This document shows positions 26,434 through 35,784 of a stretch of DNA of 64,000 nt, one piece after another (within the stretch, counting starts at the first letter, position 1; each line of letters begins with the position of its first letter). Made by a program: the position numbers and the translations under genes. Below the pieces are notes generated by a model, which worked only from the letters and a program-made list of their open reading frames with translations, was not told where the DNA came from and ran no database searches. The DNA comes from an uncultured Candidatus Saccharibacteria bacterium (lineage in GTDB: Bacteria > Patescibacteriota > Minisyncoccia > Phycocordibacterales > UBA12088), in the NCBI GenBank assembly GCA_964562615.1, contig CAZLUD010000002.1, forward strand, positions 89,300-153,299. Direction: 5' to 3'.

Positions 26434-27087
26434 ATGAGCAAAAAGACACTACACAACGCTATCGCTATTGTTTCTTCACTTGTATTTGTGTACCTGATGT
26501 GGTCAGGCTCAATCACCCTTACCGAGGACACCACAAAGGAACCGCTCCATGACCAAGGTGCCGTAGTTGCAGAATACGCAACCACACCCGATGAGGCAGA
26601 AGAAGACACTACTTTTGCCCCCACTACGGTGAGTGAGGCCTCATTTCCAAAAATCACTACCGTCATGCGCGTAATAGATGGCGATACGTTTGTAGTATCT
26701 ATGAATGACAAGCCGGTAACTGTACGACTCTTAGGAATAGACACCCCTGAGACAGTACATCCAAATAAACCAGTTGAATGCTTTGGGAGAGAGGCATCAG
26801 AATATCTTACCTACCTCATTAATCAGCACGAGCTAGTGTTGGTTCTTGATCCTACGCAAGGCGCCTATGATAAATACGGCAGACTACTTGCGTATGCGTA
26901 TCTTCCTGATGGACGAAGCGTAAATGAGATACTACTACGAGATGGTTTTGCGTATGAGTACCTGTACCAAACCCCCTACGAGTTACATGATAGGTACGTT
27001 GCTATAGAACAAAAGGCAATTGATGCAAAACGAGGCTTGTGGGCAGAAGGTGTGTGTCAACAAGAAGAATCGTTAGAGGTACAATAA
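26434..27087 (+). CDS. Membrane-anchored thermonuclease (staphylococcal nuclease homologue)
   Basis: TM anchor followed by the SNase core 'VIDGDTFVVSMNDKPVTVRLLGIDTPE' and 'YGRLLAYAY...NEILLRDGFA'. Confidence 0.85.
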   Translation: MSKKTLHNAIAIVSSLVFVYLMWSGSITLTEDTTKEPLHDQGAVVAEYATTPDEAEEDTTFAPTTVSEASFPKITTVMRVIDGDTFVVSMNDKPVTVRLLGIDTPETVHPNKPVECFGREASEYLTYLINQHELVLVLDPTQGAYDKYGRLLAYAYLPDGRSVNEILLRDGFAYEYLYQTPYELHDRYVAIEQKAIDAKRGLWAEGVCQQEESLEVQ

Positions 27088-27091
27088 TCAC

Positions 27092-27325
27092 ATGACAAAT
27101 TTCAGCGACATCACCATACTAGACATATTTGGCACCTCGCCTATGGGAGCTGCCTTTAATATTGTGGCATTTGTATTTGTGGTGTTTAGCTTGTTGTTTG
27201 TATATCACCTGACTAAATACAGTGTCGGCAATGCCGTCATGAGTACCGCGCTTCTTGTATATTTTGGCGTAGCAGGGTTTCTTTTTTTTGTACTCATCAT
27301 TAGTATGTCCAGTATTGCATCATGA
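27092..27325 (+). CDS. Small 2-TM membrane protein
   Basis: 77 aa and hydrophobic. It overlaps the downstream gene by 4 nt. Confidence 0.35.
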   Translation: MTNFSDITILDIFGTSPMGAAFNIVAFVFVVFSLLFVYHLTKYSVGNAVMSTALLVYFGVAGFLFFVLIISMSSIAS

Positions 27326-27939
27326 TACATTTAGGCCCCGATGAAAGAATAATAACCACCGCGCGCAAACATATATTTGTGCTCATTGGTGAATTGTTAC
27401 CAGTCGGTGTACTTCTTGCTGTGCCCTTTCTGGTACTTCCCTTTATTCCTGAATCAGTGTCACTCTCTCGCTTTATTCCTTCTGAAGAAGAAATAATTGT
27501 GGCAGTGTCCATCGATAATGCGGTTATAGTATTTAGCCTTGCGATATGGACATTGCTGTTATGGATGCGAATGTTTTGGATATGGATCGACTACTATCTT
27601 GATGTATGGATAATTACCAATCATCGATTAATCGATATTGAGCAAAAGGGATTTTTTAACAGAAATGTTGCCAATGTTCGACTTGATTTTATACAAGATG
27701 TTACCTACGAGATACGCGGTGTTATCGCCTCACTATTAAATTTTGGCAGCATCGAGATACAGACAGCCGGAGAAACACGCCACTTTACCCTCCACGGTGT
27801 CTCCCACCCAGAAAGATTGCGTGATACGTTGGTACAAATAAAAGCTGAAGAGAAGAAAGGAGTATCGGGGGTAAGCGGAGTTGAGTTTGAAGAGGATGAT
27901 GAATTCAATCGAATGATTAACCGTGATGTGGATGAATAG
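27322..27939 (+). CDS. Membrane protein with a bacterial PH domain (YdbT/DUF304-like)
   Basis: Two TM helices followed by 'YLDVWIITNHRLIDIEQKGFFNRNV...IEIQTAGE'. Confidence 0.6.
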   Translation: MIHLGPDERIITTARKHIFVLIGELLPVGVLLAVPFLVLPFIPESVSLSRFIPSEEEIIVAVSIDNAVIVFSLAIWTLLLWMRMFWIWIDYYLDVWIITNHRLIDIEQKGFFNRNVANVRLDFIQDVTYEIRGVIASLLNFGSIEIQTAGETRHFTLHGVSHPERLRDTLVQIKAEEKKGVSGVSGVEFEEDDEFNRMINRDVDE

Positions 27940-28684
27940 CATCTTCTAGAGTAAGGTCGCCTACTTTTGTACGCACAATACTAAATGCAAGCGCAGGCAC
28001 ACCAAGCGCGTCCCCTATCTCCTTTACCAGCTCTCGCATATAGGCTCCACTACCGCACGTCACGATGATTTCAGCAAGAGGAAACGTTTTGTTCGATAGC
28101 TTTCTGAGAGTGTCGTCCCAAACTGCTTTAATTTTTTCTTGTCTAAAGTCTCCGGTAACACGTGCGCAAGCGGCATCAACTAGTGACTGTATGTCTTGCA
28201 CCCCAATCGAAGAAGATGCGGTAAGGGTTATAGAGTTGATGGTAATTGTATGCGTAGGCAATTCTACTTGAACACCATTTCTTCCGTATTCATGGAGCTG
28301 CTTGCCCTCAACTGTTTTTGAAGAAAAGAGTGGATATGATTGCTCACGAGTCCCTACTAAACCATTAAGCACAGAAAGAAGTGTGACGAGTGATGGTGCT
28401 GATACCTGCTCTACCTTTTCTAATACACCAAGGACATCAGCAGTGTCTGTAGAAAAGCCAAAGAGTATCTGCACTCGATATTCCTTTGGAAGTGCTGTTA
28501 TCGTGTCTTTCTTGTGTACTGCTTCTCCAAAAAGGATTGGTAGTACTCCCTCAGCAAGTGGATCAAGCCTCCCTGCGTATGTTGCCTTAATATCTGCATA
28601 CTCGGGGTGCAATTGCACATACGCATGAAGACACTCTTTTGGCGTCTCGAATCGCTCTTTGTATAGGTTCACCATATTGTCCAT
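27917..28684 (-). CDS. truB: tRNA pseudouridine(55) synthase TruB
   Basis: Catalytic 'GRLDPLAEGVLPILFGEAVHK' and C-terminal 'CGSGAYMRELVKEIGDALGVPA'. The start is set at the internal Met (MDNMVNLY) because the longer ORF would overlap hisS. Confidence 0.8.
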   Translation of the reverse strand: MDNMVNLYKERFETPKECLHAYVQLHPEYADIKATYAGRLDPLAEGVLPILFGEAVHKKDTITALPKEYRVQILFGFSTDTADVLGVLEKVEQVSAPSLVTLLSVLNGLVGTREQSYPLFSSKTVEGKQLHEYGRNGVQVELPTHTITINSITLTASSSIGVQDIQSLVDAACARVTGDFRQEKIKAVWDDTLRKLSNKTFPLAEIIVTCGSGAYMRELVKEIGDALGVPALAFSIVRTKVGDLTLEDAIHPHHG

Positions 28685-28706
28685 ATTTGCTACAATGAAC
28701 CTCATC

Positions 28707-30023
28707 ATGAAAGAAAACGCAAGCCACATAAGCAAAGAGCCATACAAGGGGGTAAGAGATTTCTATCCTGAGGATATGCGCGTTATGCGATATATCACCG
28801 AAGTGATGCGTACAAGCGCTGAAGCCTTTGGCTACGAAGAATACACCGCCTCGGTACTTGAAAGCGCAGAACTGTATGAAGCAAAAAGCGGAGAAGAGAT
28901 GGTAACTAACGAAACCTATACCTTTATTGATCGTGGTGAACGGCGTGTTACCCTTCGCCCTGAAATGACCCCTACCGTGGCTCGCATGATAGCTGCCAAG
29001 CGCAAGGAGCTTATGTTTCCACTACGCTGGTACTCTATACCTAACTTGTTTAGATATGAACGTCCACAACGTGGCCGTCTTCGAGAACACTGGCAACTAA
29101 ATTGCGATTTGTTTGGAGCTAAAAGCATTGCCGCTGATGCAGAAATACTGCTTCTTGCCTCTACCATCATGAAAAAGTTTGGTGCCAAAGAAGAGGATTT
29201 TGAAATTCGCATCAACCATCGAAGTCTCATGAACTCACTCTTTGATGATGTGCTATCTCTAGAGACAGATGCTCGCTACAAACTTGCAAAACTTCTTGAT
29301 AAAAAAGAAAAAATATCCAAAGAAGAATTTCTTAATGAGCTCACGGTACTTATCCCAGAAAAAGCAACCATGCTCAGTCATATGCTTGAAGCAAAAACAC
29401 TTGATGAGTTTTTGCAACATTCACCACTTCTTAGCTCATCAGAAGGTGCGCAGGATGTTCTTTCATTACTTGCACACCTCAGCACTCTCTCACTTCATAA
29501 TGTACGATTTGTACCTACCCTCATGCGTGGCTTTGACTACTACAACGGCATGGTCTTTGAGGTGTTTGATACCAATCCAGAAAACAGACGCTCTATTTTT
29601 GGTGGAGGAAGATATGATCACCTTGTAGACATATTTGGGGTAGAGAGTGTTCCTGCTGTTGGATTTGGCATGGGTGATGTCACTATTGCTGATTTTTTGA
29701 CTACGCATGATTTGCTTCCGGCATTCTCATCAGCACATCAATTGTATATTGCCACCGTTACCGAAGGAGATATTGCTTTTGCACACACCCTTGCAACAAA
29801 CCTAAGAGCAAGCGGGATCAATGTGTTGGTAAATGTCACCAACAAAAAACTAGGCGAGCAAGTATCGTACGCAGCAAAAAAATCTATCCCATTTGTGCTC
29901 ACCGTAGGAGAAAACGAACGTGCGCAACACGCCTATCCGCTTAAAAATATGCTCACCAAAGAAGAGTGTGTGGTATCAATAGAAGACGTTGCTTCCCTAT
30001 TACTCAATACAACCACCAACTAG
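28707..30023 (+). CDS. hisS: Histidine--tRNA ligase
   Basis: 'KGVRDFYPEDM', 'RYERPQRGRLREHWQ', 'GGGRYD', and a C-terminal anticodon-binding domain. The start is taken at MKEN. Confidence 0.9.
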   Translation: MKENASHISKEPYKGVRDFYPEDMRVMRYITEVMRTSAEAFGYEEYTASVLESAELYEAKSGEEMVTNETYTFIDRGERRVTLRPEMTPTVARMIAAKRKELMFPLRWYSIPNLFRYERPQRGRLREHWQLNCDLFGAKSIAADAEILLLASTIMKKFGAKEEDFEIRINHRSLMNSLFDDVLSLETDARYKLAKLLDKKEKISKEEFLNELTVLIPEKATMLSHMLEAKTLDEFLQHSPLLSSSEGAQDVLSLLAHLSTLSLHNVRFVPTLMRGFDYYNGMVFEVFDTNPENRRSIFGGGRYDHLVDIFGVESVPAVGFGMGDVTIADFLTTHDLLPAFSSAHQLYIATVTEGDIAFAHTLATNLRASGINVLVNVTNKKLGEQVSYAAKKSIPFVLTVGENERAQHAYPLKNMLTKEECVVSIEDVASLLLNTTTN

Positions 30024-30024
30024 T

Positions 30025-30603
30025 ATGCGAAAGGTGGTATTTGATATTGAGACAAAAAATATTTTTTCTGATGTTGGAAAAAACGACCCAACGCTTCTTG
30101 ATATTTCGATGCTCTGCGCGTGGGATTCAGAGACAAATGAGTTTACGAGTTATCTTGAAGAAGAATTACCTAAACTCTGGCCACTCCTTGAACGGGCAGA
30201 TATGCTTATTGGCTATAATAGCGACCACTTTGATATTCCGCTCCTTAACAAATATTATCCGGGTGACCTAACGCATATTAAGAGCCTCGATATCCTCAAA
30301 GAGATTCAAAAATCATTTGGGCGAAGACTTAAACTAGATGCCATTGCAGAGGCGACACTTGGTATTGGCAAAAGTGGTCACGGCCTTCAGGCATATGAGT
30401 GGTGGAAGCAAGGTGAAATAGAGAAAATAAGAAAGTACTGCATAGACGATGTAAAAATAACCAGAGACGTGTACGACTACGCACGCAAACACGGGTACGT
30501 TAAATACAAGGACTTTGGAGAAACTAAAAAAATACCTCTCGATACAAGCCATTGGGAAGAGCCTACTGACAATGGTGCCATGACCCACACCTTGCCATTT
30601 TAG
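30025..30603 (+). CDS. DEDD-family 3'-5' exonuclease (RNase-H-like fold)
   Basis: Exo I 'VVFDIET', Exo II 'GYNSDHFDIPLL', Exo III 'YCIDDVKITRDVY'. The start is taken at MRKVVF, immediately after the hisS stop. Confidence 0.6.
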   Translation: MRKVVFDIETKNIFSDVGKNDPTLLDISMLCAWDSETNEFTSYLEEELPKLWPLLERADMLIGYNSDHFDIPLLNKYYPGDLTHIKSLDILKEIQKSFGRRLKLDAIAEATLGIGKSGHGLQAYEWWKQGEIEKIRKYCIDDVKITRDVYDYARKHGYVKYKDFGETKKIPLDTSHWEEPTDNGAMTHTLPF

Positions 30604-30624
30604 ATAATTAAAAAGCCAACGATC

Positions 30625-30650
30625 AGGACCCCCGTTGTAACGGGGGTCCT
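30625..30650. terminator. Bidirectional rho-independent terminator
   Basis: AGGACCCCCGTT/AACGGGGGTCCT hairpin between convergent genes. Confidence 0.7.
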
Positions 30651-30655
30651 ATATA

Positions 30656-30940
30656 TTACTGTTTATACTTTTCAAGAAGTTCCAATACTGCACTAAGAAC
30701 TTTGAGGATTTCCGGTGGAAGTTCTTTTGCCTCAAGGGCTATTGCTAGTAAATCAGGTAGATGCAAAGTCAAGATTTGCTTTGCGCATTCAAGTGACTTT
30801 GCCTCTGTCACATTAAATTCGTAACGCAAAACACTCGAAAAATATCTCATCATCACATCTAGATATGCTTTGGTGTTCCCTTCCGCTGGCATTACTGGCA
30901 TCGCGATACTCCTCACGGTTAGCTCGAGGTAATATGCCAC
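30656..30940 (-). CDS. Hypothetical cytoplasmic protein of 94 aa
   Basis: Open ORF downstream of uppP. No motif. Confidence 0.4.
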   Translation of the reverse strand: MAYYLELTVRSIAMPVMPAEGNTKAYLDVMMRYFSSVLRYEFNVTEAKSLECAKQILTLHLPDLLAIALEAKELPPEILKVLSAVLELLEKYKQ

Positions 30941-30982
30941 AAAAATTACATCGTTACAAGATGTATACCAAACGGTATCAAA

Positions 30983-31810
30983 CTACAAAGTAAAAAATAG
31001 AATGCCGAGCGCAAGCGCTACGCGGTATACCACAAACGGAATAAGTGTGTGTGAACGTAAAAAGGTAATCATAAAGTGTATCGCAGCTAAACCAACCACA
31101 AATGCACTTATCGCGCCCGCAATTATGAGCGATGCATCGCTTGCAAGTGCTCCGCTTGTTTCCAGCTCAACAAATTTTTTAAGTCCCGCGCCAAGTATGA
31201 CCGGAAACGAAAGAAGGAATGCAAATCTCGCCGCATCCTCGCGTGATATACCAAGAAGTAATCCGCCAGATATGGTAGCTCCCGAACGAGACATACCAGG
31301 TATAAGGGCAAGCACTTGAAAAAATCCTATCGCAACTGCCTTGTACACCGTAAGCGAGGCCGTGGCAAAAGTGTTGCGTGTACGAGTGTGGACATACTCT
31401 GCAAATAGCATAAGCAGTGACCCTGCAATCAGTGTCCATGCAACCACAGTGGTAGAGCGAAACACCGTTTCCATACTCTCTTCAAGGTATAGCCCAAGCA
31501 CTACAACAGGTATGGTACCGAGTATGAGTCCAAAAAGTAAGGTTTTGGTTTTAGGATCTACCCCCTTCCTTACCACCATCCGATACGCATTATAGGCAAG
31601 ACTAAGAAAGTCGCGCCAAAAATATACCATAACTGCTCCTGCCGTTGCTAGGTGAAGTACCGCATCAAAGGCAAGTCCATATTCAGACGAAAAACCCAGC
31701 ACATCCCGCGCAAGAATAAGATGCCCAGTTGAGGAAACTGGCAAAAACTCAGTAATTCCTTGGACGATTCCAAGGATAATACCAGGAGCAATAGCTGAAA
31801 TTATATCCAT
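30983..31810 (-). CDS. uppP: Undecaprenyl-diphosphatase
   Basis: BacA signature 'GITEFLPVSSTGHLIL'. Eight TM helices. Confidence 0.9.
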   Translation of the reverse strand: MDIISAIAPGIILGIVQGITEFLPVSSTGHLILARDVLGFSSEYGLAFDAVLHLATAGAVMVYFWRDFLSLAYNAYRMVVRKGVDPKTKTLLFGLILGTIPVVVLGLYLEESMETVFRSTTVVAWTLIAGSLLMLFAEYVHTRTRNTFATASLTVYKAVAIGFFQVLALIPGMSRSGATISGGLLLGISREDAARFAFLLSFPVILGAGLKKFVELETSGALASDASLIIAGAISAFVVGLAAIHFMITFLRSHTLIPFVVYRVALALGILFFTL

Positions 31811-31896
31811 GTGTCTATATTCTCACATTGACTATAAATGTGCTAGGATAGTAGTAATTTACTAACTAGAGCGCCATTTTTAGCACAACAACACAC

Positions 31897-32676
31897 ATGG
31901 AACAAAATAAATTAATTCCCCTTTCGATTCTTGCTGCAGGTATTATTATTGCCGTTTCGGTATTTTTTGTGGGTAAATCATCTACCACTGATGAGGAGCA
32001 AAAGACAGCAACCGTACCGACGAGCGGTAAAGAAATTCGTGGTGTTAGTGAAGCAGATCACCTACGTGGCAATCCAGATGCGCCAGTTGTTATTGTTGAG
32101 TACTCTGATTTTGAATGTCCGTTCTGCCAACGTTTCCATAAGGACCTAAAAACCGTGATGGACACGAGGGGTAAGAGTGGCGAGCTTGCGTGGGTATACC
32201 GACACTTCCCGCTTCAAGAACTTCACTCTAAGGCGCCATTTGTATCACTCGCATCAGAGTGTGTGGCAAGTCTAGGAGGCAATGACGCGTTTTGGAACTT
32301 TGCAGATACCTATTACGAAACAACACCATCAAATAACCAAATCGATCTTGCAACCCTCCCATCACTCGCTGGTAGTGTAGGAGTAGATAAGGATGCGTTT
32401 GGGGCATGCGTTGCAGAGACCACCTACCAATCAGAGGTAGACACAGATTTTGCAGAAGCAAGAGCAGCTGGTGGTACTGGTACGCCATTTTCAGTATTTA
32501 TCTTTAAAGAGCCTATCAAGGCAGAGGTAAAAAAATTGGCTGAGTCATTTAACGCACAGTATGGCAATGCACTCTTTAGTGTTATTACCGAGAATCAACT
32601 TGGCATGAGCGGTGCGCTCCCTGCAGATATTGTTGCACTTATCGTAGATACACAGATAGGAAAGGCGGCACAATAA
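31897..32676 (+). CDS. DsbA-family thiol:disulfide oxidoreductase, membrane-anchored
   Basis: TM anchor and the thioredoxin-fold CxxC site 'FECPFCQRFH'. Confidence 0.8.
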   Translation: MEQNKLIPLSILAAGIIIAVSVFFVGKSSTTDEEQKTATVPTSGKEIRGVSEADHLRGNPDAPVVIVEYSDFECPFCQRFHKDLKTVMDTRGKSGELAWVYRHFPLQELHSKAPFVSLASECVASLGGNDAFWNFADTYYETTPSNNQIDLATLPSLAGSVGVDKDAFGACVAETTYQSEVDTDFAEARAAGGTGTPFSVFIFKEPIKAEVKKLAESFNAQYGNALFSVITENQLGMSGALPADIVALIVDTQIGKAAQ

Positions 32677-32692
32677 GTAGCGACAAAGGCAT

Positions 32693-32732
32693 AACAAACA
32701 CGGCAGAGTCTACTGACTGTGCCGTGTTTGTT
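32693..32732. terminator. Bidirectional terminator hairpin
   Basis: AACAAACACGGCA...TGCCGTGTTTGTT 13-bp stem between convergent genes. Confidence 0.65.
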
Positions 32733-32741
32733 TATGTATAA

Positions 32742-35651
32742 TTACTGAGAGAATCGTGCTTTATACTCCTCTACTAGATCGCAATAATCACATGTTTTAG
32801 GATCGCACGGCGCGGTGAGATACGCCCCAGTGAGTAATTCGTTCACCACGGTGTGTATCTGTTCCTTAAGCGTTGTTACCGCATCATCTGGTATAACAAA
32901 TGCCTCCGTGTGTATTTCTCCTTTTTTATCTGGCTCAACAAATTGCAGTATGCCCTTTTTCATGTGGCCAACACCACCTGCTTCTAGTAGCAGTTTGTAA
33001 AATACAAGTTGTCGATAATAGCCACCGTCACTGTTTGCTGCTACTCCCTCAATCTCATTTCTTGATTTAGGCTCTCCCGTTTTGTAGTCGATTACTACTA
33101 GACCATCTGGTTCAGTGCGCAACAAATCTAATTCGCCGGTAAGCACTATATCAGTATCACCTACTTGTATAGGGGTCTTTATACGGCGCTTTGGCTCTCC
33201 TTTCATTACCAACTCATCAGACATTGTGGCAAACAGTGTCGAGAGTGCCTCAATCCCTCGCGTTCGATAATGTTCAAATTCATGAGCAGCAATAGGCTCC
33301 TTTTCTAGAGCTTCTTCAAAAAGGGCAATCAACTCGTGCTGTTCTTTTTTGCCCAACAGGACAAATTTTTCAAGCGCTTTATCAATCGCAGTACCATACA
33401 TCAAATGATGCTTTTTTGCTGAAGGCACGCGTAGGAATGTTGAAAATATAAATCGCCATGGATTGTCCATGTATTGATTAAGACCCGTCACTGAGAATCC
33501 GTCTTTTGTGAGGTGCTCACGCATCAACTCACTCAGGGTGGTAGTTATTTCAGACGATGAAAAATGCCCCGATGTTTCCTCGCGCTCTTCTGGTGGCGCT
33601 ACCACTCTATGTAATAGCGCACTATCTATGTCATCAATAAACCTACTTGGTTCTGCCTCTTTTCCATCAGGAAGCTCTTGTGCATAGGTGAGAGTAAGCT
33701 CCTGCTTTGCTCTTGTCATTGCCACATACAAGAGACGACGCTCATCCTCAATAGCGAGGTGTTCGGTATCTTCTTTATACAATGGCATGATGAAAAATTC
33801 TTTGTCTGCCCTTCCTCGCCATTCTCTATCAACAAGATGAGTAATATATACTTTTTCAAACTCAAGTCCTTTTGCCTTGTGCGCAGTCATAAGGCGAACA
33901 GAGCCTTCTCTAATTCTGTATGATCTATGGATGTCTATGTGGTGGCGTTCCATAACCACAAGCCGCTCCATGAGCGTCTCGATAGTGGCGCCAGGGCTTT
34001 CATAGACTAGTGCTTGTGCAAATGAAAAGAGGCCAAGGTACGATTCGTATACATCTTCACGTGAAAGGGCGTACGAAAGAAATCCCGTCTCTCGTGCCAC
34101 TATTTCAATAAAAGTGAGAAGTGGCGTGACTCGTGCAATAGCGGTATGTGAAAGGAGCATCTTTTTTATTGATGCCACATCGTCGTGGGTGTCCATAACT
34201 GAGAGCACTGATCGTCTATCCTTGACCCGTTCACGCATCACACTAAAAAAGGTGGTAAGTGATATCGCCATCCACGGACTTGCAAGTGCTCGTACCATAC
34301 TCTCTTCATCTCCATAACAGACTCCCCGAAAGTACGCGAGCAATAGTCCAATAGCCGGGACAGAAAATATGCTGCGCTCAGACTCTATGACGTGCGGTAT
34401 ACCTCGCTGTGAAAGCGCGTGAGAAATAGCTAGCGCATTGTTATTTTTTCTGTATAAAATCGCAATTTCATGAGGATGTGTACCGTCTGTTATATCTTTT
34501 GCCACGCGCGCGGCAACCACAGATAATTCATCCATCACACTCTCGCAGGCAAGTAGGGTGGGGACTACGCCACTTTTCTCTTTAGCGGCAATGAGTGATG
34601 GTTGGGTATCAAATCCACCATGTGCAATAAGTGAGTGTGATGAATCTAATATCGATTGTGTTGATCGGTAATTATGCGTGAGGGTGATAACTCGAACCGT
34701 AGGGGCAAATGCTCGTATACCATGAAAGTTTTCCATAGACGCTCCTTGAAAGCGATATATCGCTTGCTTTTCGTCTCCCACCACAAACAAGTTTGGCTCG
34801 TCATGAAAGCCGGTAATAAGCTCTAGTAATCTATTCTGAGCTCTGTTTGTATCTTGATGTTCATCAACTAATACATACAATGACTCCTCTGAAAGAATAA
34901 GGAGAAGCTCCTCCTCCTTTTCACACGCCTCTATTACCGAGAGCACCATGTCCTCATAGTCATGTCTTTTCATTTTTGCGAGTGACTCTTGGTACGCACT
35001 GTATGCGGTAACAACCTCAAAACTTCGAGCGAGTTTTTGTTGATACGTAAGATGCTCTGCCTTCATCTTCCCTTTTGTCTTCCCTCTTGTTGAAAGTAAA
35101 TCATCCCTCGAATAAAAAGTATCGCGAGCTTTTTCAAGTCGCGTCTGAAGCTCCTCTGGCGAAACCTTTTCTTGTTTTGCTTTTTTAACCGCTTCCTTTA
35201 CTTCATACATGTAGTAAAAGGGATCGTTAGACGTACGAAGATGGACAAATGATTGCGTACGAAAAATATCCTCCCATACGATAGCTCGCTCGAGGTCGCT
35301 AAGTGCTTTGCTCCCCGCCATATGAGAAAAGTAGGAAGGAAATCGCTCGATAATGGAATTCGCATACCCATGAAAAGTATGTATCGCAACTTTGTAGGCA
35401 TCCTCGCCAATGATACTTCGTAGCCTAGAGCGCATGGCCGCTACTCCAGACTCAGTAAACGTAAGACACAATATGCCGCTCGCGGGTGTGTCTGTTTGCT
35501 TGAGAATATTTGCAATCCGTAATGCAAGCACCTGTGTTTTGCCTGTCCCGGGGCCTGCTACAAGCATTACCGGACCCTCAATAGTATCTACCGCCTCTTT
35601 TTGGGCGGTATTTAGCGCGGTATATGCCCTCAGGAAGGCGTCATGCTTCAT
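32742..35651 (-). CDS. UvrD/PcrA-family helicase fused to a C-terminal Cas4/RecB-like PD-(D/E)xK nuclease with a Cys cluster
   Basis: Walker A 'VAGPGTGKTQVL'. The helicase motifs span about 650 aa. The C-terminus has 'GELDLLRTEPDGLVVIDYKTG', 'YYRQLVFY' and 'CDPKTCDYCDL', an Fe-S-type 3-Cys cluster. Confidence 0.85.
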   Translation of the reverse strand: MKHDAFLRAYTALNTAQKEAVDTIEGPVMLVAGPGTGKTQVLALRIANILKQTDTPASGILCLTFTESGVAAMRSRLRSIIGEDAYKVAIHTFHGYANSIIERFPSYFSHMAGSKALSDLERAIVWEDIFRTQSFVHLRTSNDPFYYMYEVKEAVKKAKQEKVSPEELQTRLEKARDTFYSRDDLLSTRGKTKGKMKAEHLTYQQKLARSFEVVTAYSAYQESLAKMKRHDYEDMVLSVIEACEKEEELLLILSEESLYVLVDEHQDTNRAQNRLLELITGFHDEPNLFVVGDEKQAIYRFQGASMENFHGIRAFAPTVRVITLTHNYRSTQSILDSSHSLIAHGGFDTQPSLIAAKEKSGVVPTLLACESVMDELSVVAARVAKDITDGTHPHEIAILYRKNNNALAISHALSQRGIPHVIESERSIFSVPAIGLLLAYFRGVCYGDEESMVRALASPWMAISLTTFFSVMRERVKDRRSVLSVMDTHDDVASIKKMLLSHTAIARVTPLLTFIEIVARETGFLSYALSREDVYESYLGLFSFAQALVYESPGATIETLMERLVVMERHHIDIHRSYRIREGSVRLMTAHKAKGLEFEKVYITHLVDREWRGRADKEFFIMPLYKEDTEHLAIEDERRLLYVAMTRAKQELTLTYAQELPDGKEAEPSRFIDDIDSALLHRVVAPPEEREETSGHFSSSEITTTLSELMREHLTKDGFSVTGLNQYMDNPWRFIFSTFLRVPSAKKHHLMYGTAIDKALEKFVLLGKKEQHELIALFEEALEKEPIAAHEFEHYRTRGIEALSTLFATMSDELVMKGEPKRRIKTPIQVGDTDIVLTGELDLLRTEPDGLVVIDYKTGEPKSRNEIEGVAANSDGGYYRQLVFYKLLLEAGGVGHMKKGILQFVEPDKKGEIHTEAFVIPDDAVTTLKEQIHTVVNELLTGAYLTAPCDPKTCDYCDLVEEYKARFSQ

Positions 35652-35784
35652 ATCTGAAGTATACCCTTAGCGGTGGAAAGCTGCCATTGTCGCTAAAGCT
35701 AAAGAGGAGTATAGTGGCTTTTGTTTGTGCTCAACGAATTGATTAGAGATAGTTGGGCAAATTACCACATTATTAAACAAATGC

